This document shows, piece by piece, positions 50,701-63,477 of a stretch of DNA of 64,000 nt. Positions within the stretch are counted from its first letter, which is position 1. The number at the start of each line of letters is the position of its first letter. The notes beneath the pieces were generated by a model. The model was not told the origin of the DNA. It worked only from the letters and a program-made list of their open reading frames with translations, and made no database searches. Origin of the DNA: Atractiella rhizophila (taxonomy: Eukaryota); assembly GCA_021432655.1 (NCBI GenBank), contig MU271284.1:1-64000 (forward strand), read 5' to 3'. A program made the position numbers and the translations under genes.

Positions 50701-51271
50701 CTGGCACCGGCTCCATTCTTCATACCAACTCACGGGTCGTCACTTGGACGTACTCGTTATTGATTGCTTGCGTCTTCTACCCCACATCTCGCACTACGGA
50801 CTCCCCCAAGCCCTCCTTACCTCCGGCCTCCTCCATCCCACTCGCACCTACCTCACAGGTTTCGCACATCGTGCCACCCATTCTCAATGGGCCAGTGTAG
50901 CGGAAGATTGGGGCGAAGGCGAGTGGCGTGTCAATGGAAGAGAGAAGATCCGAAGGCTAGGAGAGATGGATGTACTTCAAGTTCCTCCAAGTGATCTGGG
51001 GGCTGAACGTATCAAAGAGAAATCGAGAAGGATTGACAAGGCAGCAGATGGAGCGGAGTCGGCGTTTGTGGAGATAGCAAGAGAGATGACAGAAAAAATA
51101 GCCATAGAGAACGTCCTTGGAGACGTCGCAAGACAGGTGCAGGGAAAGGTGATGATGCGGCAGAAGGTTGTCGGAACCTGGGTTCGACCTGCATACGATG
51201 GCTTGAATGTTTTCGTCGGTGTCAACGAGCAGGGTAGAAGAGTTTGGGATGACTCGCCTGAAGAACTGTGA
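47800..51271 (+). pseudogene. F-box/LRR-like + MBL-fold hydrolase fusion, copy 1 (frameshift and in-frame stop)
   Basis: Paralogue of 52766-56131. The F-box LPLPTEIMIQIF is in a different frame from the rest (one extra base within 48012-48044). In-frame TAA at 50573-50575 inside the MBL domain. Intron 50051-50254. Confidence 0.75.
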
Positions 51272-52765
51272 CGTATAGTGCGCTTTCTTTGCATCTAATG
51301 TCAGGGCGCCCGTTGACGATTGGCAAAGGAACAGAGCATACATCGCAGCATTACGAGCAAAATAAATACACATGTCATCGCACTTAAAGCTTCAAAAGGC
51401 ACTCAAAGTTGCGGCTAAAAGTCCCCAGAAGCCAACTCAGGCTCCTCCCATCTCTTATTCTGCGATGCTTCAATTGAGGTTTTGGTTTATATTGAGGGCA
51501 ACGGCAGTGCAAATCCGCCCCGCAGAAAAACTAATGTAATTGAGAGGGCGTTGGAAGTCAATGTCCCCCATACTGCTGTGGCTCTTCTCTAGAGCTGAGC
51601 TATCGACTGAACGTACCTCACACTCTTGGTGTGCTTTCAGCTTTTAGCTTTGCTGTCAGGCACCACTTTCGAGGTACCTCCTCGGAACTCTTGACTACTG
51701 TGAACATCAGATAGCAATCCAACTCTTGTTCATGTTCATCTACGGTTGCATCGTAGGCGTTCGGTTCGGGACCACCTCACGTGATCGCGATGGAAGAAGG
51801 TTAACCCATCAGACGTCCACTCGACCAGCTCGTCGGAATTCACATTCGGTTGCATTGCTTTACCCAACCAACGATCTAGTGATCCAACCCAAAACCCTCA
51901 ATAGGTGCGTGATCCTTTTCGTGTGTCCATCAGGTACCATCAGTCACTGTATCAGGTCATTAATGGTCGATCCTGCACAGTTGACGCGTTCGAAATATAA
52001 AGCTATGGCACCTTGCATTACTAGACTGGTGAGAGTCATCATCAGGGGAAATCGTTTAGAAACTCCCGATTTTAATGGTATTTATTTAGAGCAGCCTAGG
52101 AAGCGTGTTATTGTCTTCAACTCTTCGTTTTATTCTGAGTTATTTCCAGAGATCGTTCTGCGGGCAAGGGGTGCTGTTGTCTCATCCTCCATTTCGTGCC
52201 GTGTTCCGAGTCAATCTGTGGTACCTGGCCAGGCATCATCATAACGCTATGACTCTCCCGCCTTCTATGATTCAAATTCTGTGTCAGGGATTTATTCTCC
52301 AACGCATTTGCTGTTAAGTTTGGTTCTCCCATGTGAGAGATTTCTAGGTGTTTGCTGTTTCTTGTGCAGTCTTTAGTGTGCCGCGCATTATGTGCTGCAC
52401 TTGTAAAACAGACATTTCGGTTCGTAACGGTCCTTAAATCTTTCTTTCCCCCCCAGGCAAACGAAACCGCTATGTTTCACTCTTACACAAACGCTATACC
52501 CTCGTTTTGTCAAGGACAAAGAATTAATTGGAGGTGCTTTACCTAGCGAGCTCCAGTCCGACGGCGGTGCGTTTCAATCATAATAAGTAAGCATTGTTTG
52601 AATCTTGAACATCGTGAACGAAGGAAGTAGGTTACTTCCAGTATATTTCATGAGAATTTAATTTAGGAAACACTTCATTCCGAAGGCGTGGACAGCTGAC
52701 TGGATTGCATGTCTATCCAGAAACACAGCAACACCAGACTCAGCGATATCTTGGTAACTCGAGCA

Positions 52766-55700
52766 ATGAACAGCTTCGACATGGAGGTGGAAAGCGATAT
52801 ACCTTTCCCTACAGCAATCATGCTCCAAATCTTCGCATACATGCTTCCGAACAAATCTCAATACAGTCAGCTTCTCTCCTCCTCCGATCTCTGCTCTTTC
52901 GCACGCGTCAACAAGCGGTGGAACTCCATCGTGCAGCCATTGCTCGCCAGATACGCCGTGCTCCTGTTTGATCTCGACCCACGGGATGACGGGTTGACGC
53001 GTAAAGAGGCCATCGATCTCGGAAATCGTTTAATGCAGAATGGATGGAATGTTGCGACTGCCGCAGGGGACGGACCGAATAATGACCATGGTCTCAAGGT
53101 CGCTGTGCTGAGAGATAATCCTGGACCCGAAAGAGATTTTGGGAGGTTTTATTGGGAACCGTTTTTCAAATTCTTCCAGGCACGCTTTCTCCCTTTCTTC
53201 TGCTCCCAGATCACCTACCTTGAGCTCGACGACTGCGACCCTGCCTTCCCCGTGACTCCTGACTTCCCTTCTCTCCGGACGCTGAAGCTCGACTCTCGCG
53301 GAGGCATTCTGTACAAGATCTTTCCACGTTTTGCCAATTTCTCATCCTTACAAGTCCTCGAGCTTCGAAACATTGAACTTTTCGGGTGGGATTCGGACCT
53401 CCAACCTCCAACTTTTGCACTTAAATCCCTCTCCATTGCCACCGAGTTCAGTCAGCGGCCCGCCGAAGGCAGCACTCTCGACCTGTTCCAACACCTGTCC
53501 ACTTCGGACAGCAAATTAGAACGCCTCATATTGCGCACAGAGGGGGAACTCGACAACTTCAACTTCACATCCTGCAACCACCTTGTCTTCTTTTCTTGCA
53601 TGATTGATAATTCTCATCGGACCCTTCCTGTTCTTCCTCTCTTCCCGCCGCTTCCCAAACTCAAACACCTAGAATTCGGCTCCTCTCGTTACGGGAAACA
53701 GGATCTCCCTCTCCTCTCCGTTTTTCCCTACCTCAACCAATCGAGGAATCTCAAATCTCTTAAACTGACTGAAGTCACCATAGCTCTCCCACCCAGTGAA
53801 TCAGGCTTCAACTTCGATGCGGAGGACTGGAAATTCGAACTGGAGGAATTGGAGTGGACCCACCTGCGAGAAGGGGTGGTCAAGTTCACACCTAACGATA
53901 TTATTCTAAGCCTACGAGTCCTTCGTCCCGACTCCTCCTCTCCTCCCCTTCGAAGATTCAAGTTATCTTATCTATCATTTGGTGATCCGACATACAGCAT
54001 CCTCTTCCTATCTCACCTCCTCTACTGCCCCGCTTCGTCATTCAATCCCAGCCCACCATCCCTCAACATCTTCGAAAACCGCTGGCTCGAGACCATCCAA
54101 ACTCGACACCTCCATCCCCTTTTAATCTCCACTCCCACATACGAATTGCAAGGCCGCACACTGTACCTAGATGACGGTCATCCGGACTCTCTCCGTCTCT
54201 TCATCGAGCCACTCATCCGTTCCATCCAACAAAACACCTTGCCCTCCCTCGCCGCTGTCAGGATTGGATGGACGATAGATCCTGATGATCCTTATCAGGT
54301 TTGGCGCGGTCCGATGGAGTTGTCTTCGGTAGATTACCACCTATTACAGCAAGTGAAACATGTGACGAGCGAAAAGAACATCCTGTTCGAGAGTGGGGAT
54401 GTCGTTATGAAGGTGCCAGAGGCTGTTAGTCCTCATGGCCGAAGGGAGGAGAACGGTACTGTGGGAAGCGAAAAAGACAGTGATAGGGAGGACGAGGAAG
54501 ACAATTGCGCAGAGGAAGGCAGCGATTATGAGCAACCGGATGAGTCCGATATCGACTACTCTTACGAGTCGTCAGATGAGCCGGATGAGGATTCTTCAAG
54601 CTCAGGCTCAGAGGAATCACTCAAACTCGGAGTCCACCTGACGAGACATTCGCACAATCTCCTCTTCCTGGGCACAGCCACTTCAGGGTGCATACCCACT
54701 ATCTCATGTGTCACCTCCTCCGACCCATGTCGCTGCTGCTCCCTCGCACACTCTCCCGCCAAATCAAAATCCAAAAATCCCCTCCCAAATCCTAACAAGC
54801 GCCTCAACACTGCAGCGCTTATAACACTCCCCAGCGGTAAAACGATACTCATCGACTGTGGCAAGAGCTTTAGGGAGAGCGCGCTAGAGTTCTTTCCGCG
54901 CAACGGGAAGAGCGTCATCGATGCCCTTCTGCTCACTCATGAGGTTCGTTTTTCCTACTCAGTTTCATATTTTTTCGTCACGATATTTTTTGCCGTGCTT
55001 GCTATGACTGTCGCGGTATCATGATGGGGAGGATGTATTAAATAACTGTCATGAAAGGCCTCATATTACAGACTTCGTGCAGCGAATTGAGTGACATGGT
55101 TGTGGGGACAGCATGCTGACGCTGCCTATGGACTGGACGATCTACGGGCGTGGACGCTAGGAGGAGCAATTCAACCCTCATTAGACGTTTACTGCGATCG
55201 AAAGACGTACGATGCGCTCTCTCGCGTCTTCCCGTACACCATCGACCGATCAGCTTCCACGGGGGGAGGGGATGTTCCCCAGTTCTCCTGGCACATATTC
55301 GAAGATGATCAGCCCCTGCATTTATTTGGTAGCACCATAGTACCCCTCAGAGTCGAGCATGGCCTCTCAGCCCCTCACTCTAACCATTCCTCCAACCCTG
55401 TCTCCAACTCAGTCCCAGAACCAAACCAACATTTGAATTCAAACGGCATTAGCGTGACCGCAGAGAACTTGAAGGAGAGACCGACAAAAGCGCCGTATTA
55501 CTGTCTTGGCTATCTGATTGACGACTCGATCGCCTACATTTCTGACGTCTCCCAAATCCCCCCTCCCGTTTGGAGACTCTTCCACTCCTCATACCAGCGT
55601 ACAGGTCGTCCCCTGGACGTCCTCGTCATCGACTGCTTGCGTCTCCTTCCTCACGCATCTCACTACGGCATCGCACAAGCTCTCTTGACCTCCTCCCTCC

Positions 55701-56131
55701 TTCGTCCAACTCGCACGTACCTCACAGGGTTCGCACATCGCGCCACCCACTCAGAGTGGACACGCGTAGGGAAAGAGTGGGGCAAAGGCGAGTGGAAGAT
55801 TAACGGGAGGGAAAGGGTCGAAAGGAAGGGAGCAATGGATGTCCTGTTCCCAGCTACTTCCTCTCAGGTCTCCCTTGGAACAAAAGAAGAGTTTGAGAGA
55901 GGAATTGAGAAGGATGAGGAGGCATTTGTCAAAATGGCGAGAGAGATGACAGAGAAAACCGCCATTGAGGACATCCTAGGAGAAGTCGCATATGAAGCCT
56001 TGGGAAAAGTGATGATGCAGCAAATGGCACTCGGAACTTGGGCAAGACCTGCCTACGATGGGCTCAACATTTTCGTTGAAGATGACGTGCGGGGCAAAAA
56101 AGTTTGGGATGACTCTCCAGAAGGGCTTTGA
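52766..56131 (+). CDS. F-box/LRR-like + PhnP-like metallo-beta-lactamase-fold hydrolase fusion, copy 2 (intact)
   Basis: One frame runs from the F-box (IPFPTAIMLQIF...DLCSFARVNKRWNSIVQPLL) through LRR-like units (FPSLRTLKL, FSSLQVLEL, LPKLKHLEF, NLKSLKL) and an acidic linker into LLFLGTATSG, ILIDCGK, LLTHE|HADA, VEHG, YISD, HASH, GFAH and RPAYDGL. One intron, 54944-55111. Confidence 0.85.
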
Positions 56132-56282
56132 TGCATAGCGCGTTCTTTCTTGGCTCCATTGCTCGAAATCCCGGCGTTGATGGTTGGTATAGGAATGACA
56201 GACACATCCAAATAACCTGTAGACATACTATGAACCATTGCACTGAAACGAACGTTCACTCAACACGCTCTCCTAGTCGACT

Positions 56283-57264
56283 TCAGGGGTAACGCTCAAA
56301 ATCCTTCGAAGCCTTCTCCAACTCTTCACAGCGCCCATTCTGCTCTCCCTCCTTCAACTCATGTTTATACGGGGGGACGACCCGATAAAGGACCCCGCTG
56401 ACTGCAGCTGCTAAGAGGTCTCCGATCCACCAAACCCACTGTTCCCTCTGCCACATCCAGCTCCCAAACGCCATTCCGAAGCACCGAGTTGGGAACGCAA
56501 TCCCTCCAGAGAATCCAGGGACGAGGCCTGATGTTGACCAACTGGACAATGCGATGGTCAGTCCCACCAGGAAGGGACCAAGCGCTGGACCATTCAGCTC
56601 CTTCGATCGAGGATCAAGGCCTACACCATAGGCAATGAAGAGCACACTGAGAGCCGTTGAAAATTCTGGGAACACACGTGTGAATTGTAACTCTCTGAGA
56701 TGCAAGAATGAACGCACCAACGACCAGTGCTTGTCCCGCCGTATACGATCCATCTTCTGGGAACCAACAACCTCCTGCGTGCCTCCTCCTGGTTCGTTCT
56801 ATGCCCATGCCTCCCCTCAACAAAGCCCCAGCGACGGCCGCGCCAATCAGCTGACAGAAGACGTAAATAACTCCCCTGACAGGTCGACATAGGCCAGTCA
56901 GAACTGTGGAAATGGTAATGAGCGAGTTGACATGTCCCCCAGAGACGGGTCCCGTCGCAAAGATGGCCAAGGAAACGACTACGAAGTTGGATATGGCGAT
57001 GTAAGGGCCAGGTTGGGACGTCCCATATGACTGGATGGTCTCGTTAGCTGCTCCGCTGAGGAATACAACGGCCAAAGTGCCGAATGCCTCAATGAGACCC
57101 TGCTTCCATAATCGAGCTGACGTCCACTCTCGAAGGGACCAGCCGCGCGAGCTGAAGAGAATGGAGAATGGAGAATGCGTGTAGGCGTTTTCGGGAGCGG
57201 GTGTGAATGCGAGGGAACCAGGAAAGTCTGGGGAGGGGCGTGTCTTGGATTCTTCCAAATCCAT
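56283..57264 (-). CDS. Aquaporin (MIP family), XIP-like, with non-canonical NPA boxes
   Basis: IEAFGT, PVSGGHVNSLIT, YVFCQLIGAAVAG, loop-C GGC, YGVGLDPR, GGIAFPTRCFG and WVWWIG. One intron near 56667-56712. Confidence 0.88.
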
Positions 57265-58075
57265 CTTTGCAGTGTGATAGCTAATAGGGTCAAGGCCTGA
57301 AGAGCGAACGGCGAGCGACGAGTCAGAAGGGCTTATGATGTTTATATTCAACGGAATGTGCGCCCTCATTGTACTGGACGGAGATCGGGCAAAACGAGTG
57401 CCCATGCAACAAGATGTAATGCTCTCCCAGCCCGGTCTCAAACATCATTGGTATGAGCTTGGGAAGGAATGAATGGAAGGAAAATATTGGAATAGAGCTA
57501 ATGATGAAAGCGTAAGATTGTCAGAAACTCTGCCCTTGGGCCTCAATACACCAATTTTGGTGCCAATTTAGCATGACGACGTGGATGCCTTCTTAAATAT
57601 TTCGACTCGAAGAAAGTCAATATTTGAAGACGTTGGACAATGCATTGAACTTCGAGGTAGCTGATCGACTGGTCAAACCATGAAACGAAACACAAAATAG
57701 TCCACGTTAAACGTTTGAAACGACAATGGATGTGCAGGTTGAGCGACTGTGGTTGTGAGAGAGAACAGAAGCAAAGAATGAACAGGTGGGAGTGGTATTC
57801 TTAGCCCAAAGAAATCAAGAACAGTTTTGATCGGAGAGTGAAAGGATAAAGGTCCGTACAATGACATGAGCTTTATCGCTTAACGAACGATAAATTCTAA
57901 TCCAATCCATCCAGGAATAGCTTTTGTCACCCATATCCAGTCCAATATACAACGAAGAATGTTTTAAAGAATTAAAGAATTCTGAGACTCGAAATTTACG
58001 GACCGACTGATTGAAGAAATGAAATAGCAAAAAGAAAAATCCAAGAAACCACTCTGATGCCCATGAGCTGAGTGC

Positions 58076-61000
58076 TCAATATCGGAATGCAAGTAACGGT
58101 GCTTCTCGACTGACGGCATGAAGAATCTCTGGTGCCGGAGCATAGGTGTCCTGTTCGAGGAGGTCCCGCGACTTCTTCTTTTTAAGCCCAAAGCCCAACA
58201 GTTTACTCTTCGTCTTCGCCTGTCTCGAACTCCTTCCATCGTTGTTCTCCCAGTCGTAATCTGAGTTGGGATTCGGAGACGCTGCCATTCCAAAGTATCC
58301 ATTCGGCATCATTTCTTCTCCAGACCGTGAACCCTGATAATACTCTTGTCCAGGTCCGTATGGCCCCTCAGGAGGTGGGAGAGCAGGAAGTGATTTCTCC
58401 TTACGGATACCGTTGGCAGGTTGCGGTTGCATCAAGTCAGGGATGACAGAGTTACGTTGGTTCGAATTGGGATGGTTGATAGCGTCAGGCGGGAGAGCGA
58501 TGACGGGAGATTGATAAGTGTTCGGGGAAGGCGAGAGATGATGTTCATAAGCGTTTGGTACGCCCCTTCGGCTGCTCATAGAAATTGTGTCTGAGGGCCT
58601 TCGGAGGGGAGCGAGAGGAGGATGGGATGGGTAAGGTCCAGGTTGGCCTTGGCCCAGAAGTTTGGAGGCGACAGAATTGTAGGACATGACACTCCTTCGA
58701 TCGGCGGGTAATTGACCGTTCGTCATCGCTGGGGAATAAGGCACTGGACTCGCGCCAGGGGGGAGTGAGTTGACGGACGAGGATGAGCGCGAACGTTGAT
58801 GGTCGCGAGCGAGCATATTCATGGATGGAGGGGGAGCGAGGACGTCATTGTCGTATTGTTGATATTGGACTTGCGGCGTATGAACCTGCTGTTGTCCGCC
58901 ACCGCTCTCTTTCTTGTCGCCGCCTTTAATATTCAACATGCTGAGGATAGCCTTGAGTCCCTTCCTCTTCTTCTTCACCGTTGTCGCCGTCCCATAAGTC
59001 TCCGGGCTTTGAGCCCTGACATCCTGCATGCTCATCGCTCCATGATGTCCACCAGGCATCATCGACAACCTCGGGTCGCCGTGACCCAACGGCAGATGTT
59101 TATCGTTATAGAGTCCGAGGTGCATATCCATCATGCTCCCACTCGGAGCCAACGAAAGCATTGAATGGGTTGCGCTCCTCCTGCCCCTACTCCAGAGACT
59201 GAGCCTACTCTCTCCACCCATGCTCATCCGACTAGGGCTCAAAGAAGGTGCGAGAGAAGCCGAATAGGTCCTCAAATCCGTCGAGCTACGCGCTCCCATC
59301 TGATTCGCCATCTGGAAAGGCATAGCAGGCGACCTATCAAAGGCTGGCGATTTCGAGATTTTGACTGGGCTCGAAAATCTCCTACTCTTCGGTCCGGAAA
59401 TCCAAGGCGGTTCGATCGGATCGTACGACATCACAGACGGAGGGCTCGAAGGTGAAATCGGGCTATTGGGCATCAACCTCAAGCCATTATAAGGCTGAGG
59501 TTCGACGATCGAGTTCCCTCTACTCCTGCTCCCACTAGACCGTTTCTTCTGTCTCCTAGCCTCTCTCTCGTCCCTCCTCGTATCCACCTTCTCCATCGTC
59601 ATCCCATTCGGCAAGAGGGTGGAAGTTCGGTTCCTTGAAGAGGTCGTCTTGATCGTGAGACGATCATCCAGCGTGCCAGTCATGCTGTACCTCTGTGCGG
59701 TTTCCACGCTAGTCTGCCTGTCTGCCCGCTCCCGATCGGCAGCGGAAGCCTCGCGAGCGTGGCGCTCGAGCTCGAGGTAGTGAGCTTGCGTGGCGAGGTA
59801 AGTCTGAAGGGTCTTCCAACGGAAGTTTGAAGCCGGAGGATTCTTCACGACAAGTCACTCTCCCATTCCTCGACAAAAACGAAAAAAGCGAAGACGAACC
59901 ATGTTTGTCCACAACCTCAAAGCGGGAGTGGTCAATCTCTGACCCCTTCCAATCTTTTTCCTCTTCCTCCCTCCCTCCTTACTCCCACTTCCACTCCCAT
60001 GCAAATTGCTCGCGCTCGCGCTCGCACCAGCCAATCCGTCCCTCGAATGGGCCACACTACTCCCCTCAAAATTCTCTCTGCTCCTTCCGCCCCTCTCATC
60101 GTTCGTCCTAATCTCCTCCTCCTCTTCCGTCCTCAACGCCTCCTCGAAATCTGCATCGCTCGCCCTCGCCCAAATCCCCGGAGAGGTCACATCGACATCG
60201 ATCATATCCTGATCTCGCATCATACACTCGATGCACACCTCCTCTTGCTGCACAGGCTGGGGTGGTCGACGCGGTTGTTGCTGTTGCTGTTGTTCTTCCC
60301 TTCTATCCCTCGCCCTTGCGGGAGTCGAAATGGAGGTCCGCATGTTCGGCGCGCTCTGACTATTCGGCATCCCTCCTCCTCCAGCTCTCTCCTGAATGGG
60401 TACCGGTATCGAGGACGGTTCTGGTGAAAGAGAGCGCATCTGTGCGGCTGCGACGGAGGTGGAGTAATAGAGCGATGCCTTCCTCAACAACTCCTCTCCT
60501 CCTCCTCCCTCCCCTTCTTGTCCTGCAACAATGACACCCGATTTCTTCGACTCCCCACTCACCGTTCTCTTCCTCACAGCTCCCTTCACACCGCCAGTTC
60601 CACCAGGAGCGCCAGCACCAGCGGCTGATGGGCCAGGGGTTCCAGCCTCGAGCGCTCTATTTGAGAGGTTCATTCCTCCCATGACCGCATTCGGCGTGGG
60701 GGTAGAGGAATGGAGCGGTGTGAGTTCGGTGGAGAGGTATGCGGGGAATGAGGTCGGCGGGGCTGGAGAACGCGGGGAGCGAGCGGAGGGAGAGGATGGA
60801 GTGGAAGGGATGGACTGTTGTTGTTGTGAGGGAGAGAGGGGTGCATCGAGGGATTTGCGGGGCGGAGTGGATGACGCACCGCCGTGGTTGGGGCTGGGAT
60901 TTAGAAGGCCAGGTTCGGGAGAGGAGATTGGTTGGGAGTGTGCGTCCCCGTTGACTGGGATCGGTGTAGGATTTGGCGGGGCAGGAGTCGACACGACGGG

Positions 61001-61528
61001 GTTTGAGATTGGAGGTGCGGAAGATGTCCACATCTCCGGAATCACATTCTCACCTCCCCCTAACACTTCCTCTTCTCCATTAACGTTACCGCTACCGTTT
61101 CTGTCTCCATTTCCATTCGGTATCCCAACTCCCAACCCGAGTCCCAAGTTACCGACTGAAAAGGTAGGGTTGAAATGGGCCAAATTATCCAGTGCCGTCG
61201 TGAAAGAGCTGTTACTAGGAGCACCTTGTTTATGCGTCTTATAGTTGTTCACCCCTGCGACTCCTGGCGTCGGTCCAGCTGCCGACGGGTTTGGATTGTC
61301 GAGGGGAGGCGGCGACGACATTGGGGAGGCAGAAGCGGCGGTGGATGGGGGTGTGGGCAGCGCGCGCCGGTTGACAGGAGAGGAACCCGTCGGTGAGCGC
61401 GGGTAGCTCGGTTGGGGGGATGAGGTATAGCCATTCGGCTGTCTTGGTTGGTTGGGAGAGGGAGATGGGTGTGCGTATGGATCCATCGTTTGACTGCTTT
61501 TCGAAGGAGCTATCCGCACCGCCGTCAT
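58076..61528 (-). CDS. Large Pro/Ser/Gly-rich hypothetical protein
   Basis: Two long ORFs joined by a short intron near 59845-59900. Ordered island EEVCIECMMRDQDMIDVDVTSPGIWARASDADFEE...LRLWT..NPPASNFRWKTL and SLAPSGSMMDMHLGL. Confidence 0.7.
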
Positions 61529-62012
61529 GCGGGTTTCCTTCACCCTGAAATGAAGAAAGCACGCACTACTGAGTTGCTTTCGCCGTCGAATCTTTGGGTA
61601 AAATCCTCGAAGTCCTCCAATGTCTCGACTATCAAAGAGCAATATCTACCAGCTGGCTAGACAACGTAGCCACCTGAACAATTCCACCGAATGAATCCAG
61701 CCTCGGATGCTGATTAGCTGGGTGACGAGGGTCGGTCGAAAGGACGGCCGCTTTCTTTTCCTCTTGGTCGCTTGTGCCCTGGCTTGTCGAGGCTGGGGCA
61801 AGGGCAAGGGCGAGCGAGTTGGAGGTGATATCGAAGAATGGTCGTTTCGTCGCTTCGGTCGGCACCGAAGGTGGAAAGTGGCGCAGTCACATGCATCGAT
61901 TCTTCGACCAAGACGCCTCACTCGACAGCAGCCAGCACTGAGCCACCACGCCAACGACGCGGAATAGCTAGATTAAACGGTTAGACCGACGAAAGACTAA
62001 GAATCGATAGCA

Positions 62013-63477
62013 ATGGCAGACATCTTCGAACTGGACGGATGGGTGAATCAGCTCCTCCAGTGCAAGCAGCTCTCAGAGAACGACGTCAAGAAACTATGCG
62101 ATAAGGTCTGTTCTCCTTCTCCTCATCTCCCTCATGCCGCCATCTCGAACGAAGTCTTATCATTCGGTGTGTGGTGTGCTCGCTTTGTCCGCGGCTGGAT
62201 GGTTCACGTCGTGCCTGGGTGTATGGATCGGATGGGGATGAAAGGCGCGCGAGATATTGATGGAGGAGTCGAATGTTCAGCCGGTCAAGTGTCCTGTCAC
62301 CGTCTGTGGTGATATCCACGGTCAATTCGTGGGTCTCCTTGCACTCCGCTTGTGCAAAAAGGTATTGAAGTGGGAATACGTCCAGCACGACCTCTCGGAA
62401 CTCTTCCGGATCGGCGGCAACTCTCCAGACACCAATTACCTCTTCATGGGCGACTATGTCGACCGTGGCTACTACTCCGTCGAGACCGTTACCCTGCTCG
62501 TGACGCTCAAAGTGAGGTACAGGGAGAGGGTCACCATCTTGAGAGGCAACCATGAATCTCGACAGATCACTCAAGTCTATGGATTCTACGACGAATGTCT
62601 GAGGAAATACGGAAACGCAAACGTTTGGAAATTCTTCACCGATCTCTTCGATTATCTGCCCCTCACTGCCCTGATCGATGATCAGGTAGGCGTCCTTTCT
62701 CTCCCTAACCTTAATACTTTGCCTCCTTTCAATCCTAACGTCATCATCAGATATTCTGTCTTCACGGCGGCCTCTCCCCCTCCATAGACACCCTCGACCA
62801 CATCCGCTCCATCGAACGCATTCAAGAGGTCCCTCACGAAGGTCCGATGTGCGACCTCCTCTGGTCCGACCCCGACGATCGTTGTGGATGGGGTATCTCG
62901 CCCCGTGGCGCCGGATACACTTTTGGGCAGGACATCAGTGAAGCCTTCAACCACAACAATGGCTTGACATTGGTGGCGAGGGCACATCAGGTGCGTTCAT
63001 CCTTTCTCTAGCGACGGAGCGGGGTGGGATGGAGCTCCTTTCGTCCAATACCGATTATTCTTCCAGTATCCCCAAGCAGAGGATGGCTGACTGACAGATT
63101 GTTGTTGTGACAGCTCGTGATGGAGGGCTTCAACTGGTCGCACGAAAAGAACGTGGTCACGATCTTCTCCGCCCCCAACTATTGCTACCGATGCGGCAAC
63201 CAGGCGGCGATCATGGAGCTGGACGAGAAGCTCCAATACACCTTGTCAGTCCTCCCTCGTTTATTCCCCTCATCCCTATCCTCTCCCCTCTCCCCTTTAC
63301 CCGATCTCGGTCTTGGTGACTGATCCCATCTGCGATCGACAGCCTCCAGTTTGACCCTGCACCGAGGACCGGGGAACCGTTGGTCTCGCGGAGAGTACCG
63401 GACGTGAGTTCATCCCTTCCTTCTTGTCTCCTTGATGGGATGGGAAATTGATTGATTGGGTACAGTATTTCCTCTAA
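62013..63477 (+). CDS. PPH21: Ser/Thr protein phosphatase PP2A catalytic subunit
   Basis: [53 protein letters not shown] and C-terminal RRVPD|YFL*. Confidence 0.95.

Noticed and set aside
51300..52560. 172-aa ORF (51726-52244) between the fusion copies
   Set aside because: Non-ATG annotated start, no recognisable motif, no clear exon structure and no terminal repeats.
7744..63477. Apparent signalling cluster (Ypi1, PP2A, Iml1, Vma2, AGC kinase)
   Set aside because: The genes are interspersed with unrelated ones. This is expected by chance in a compact genome without synteny evidence.
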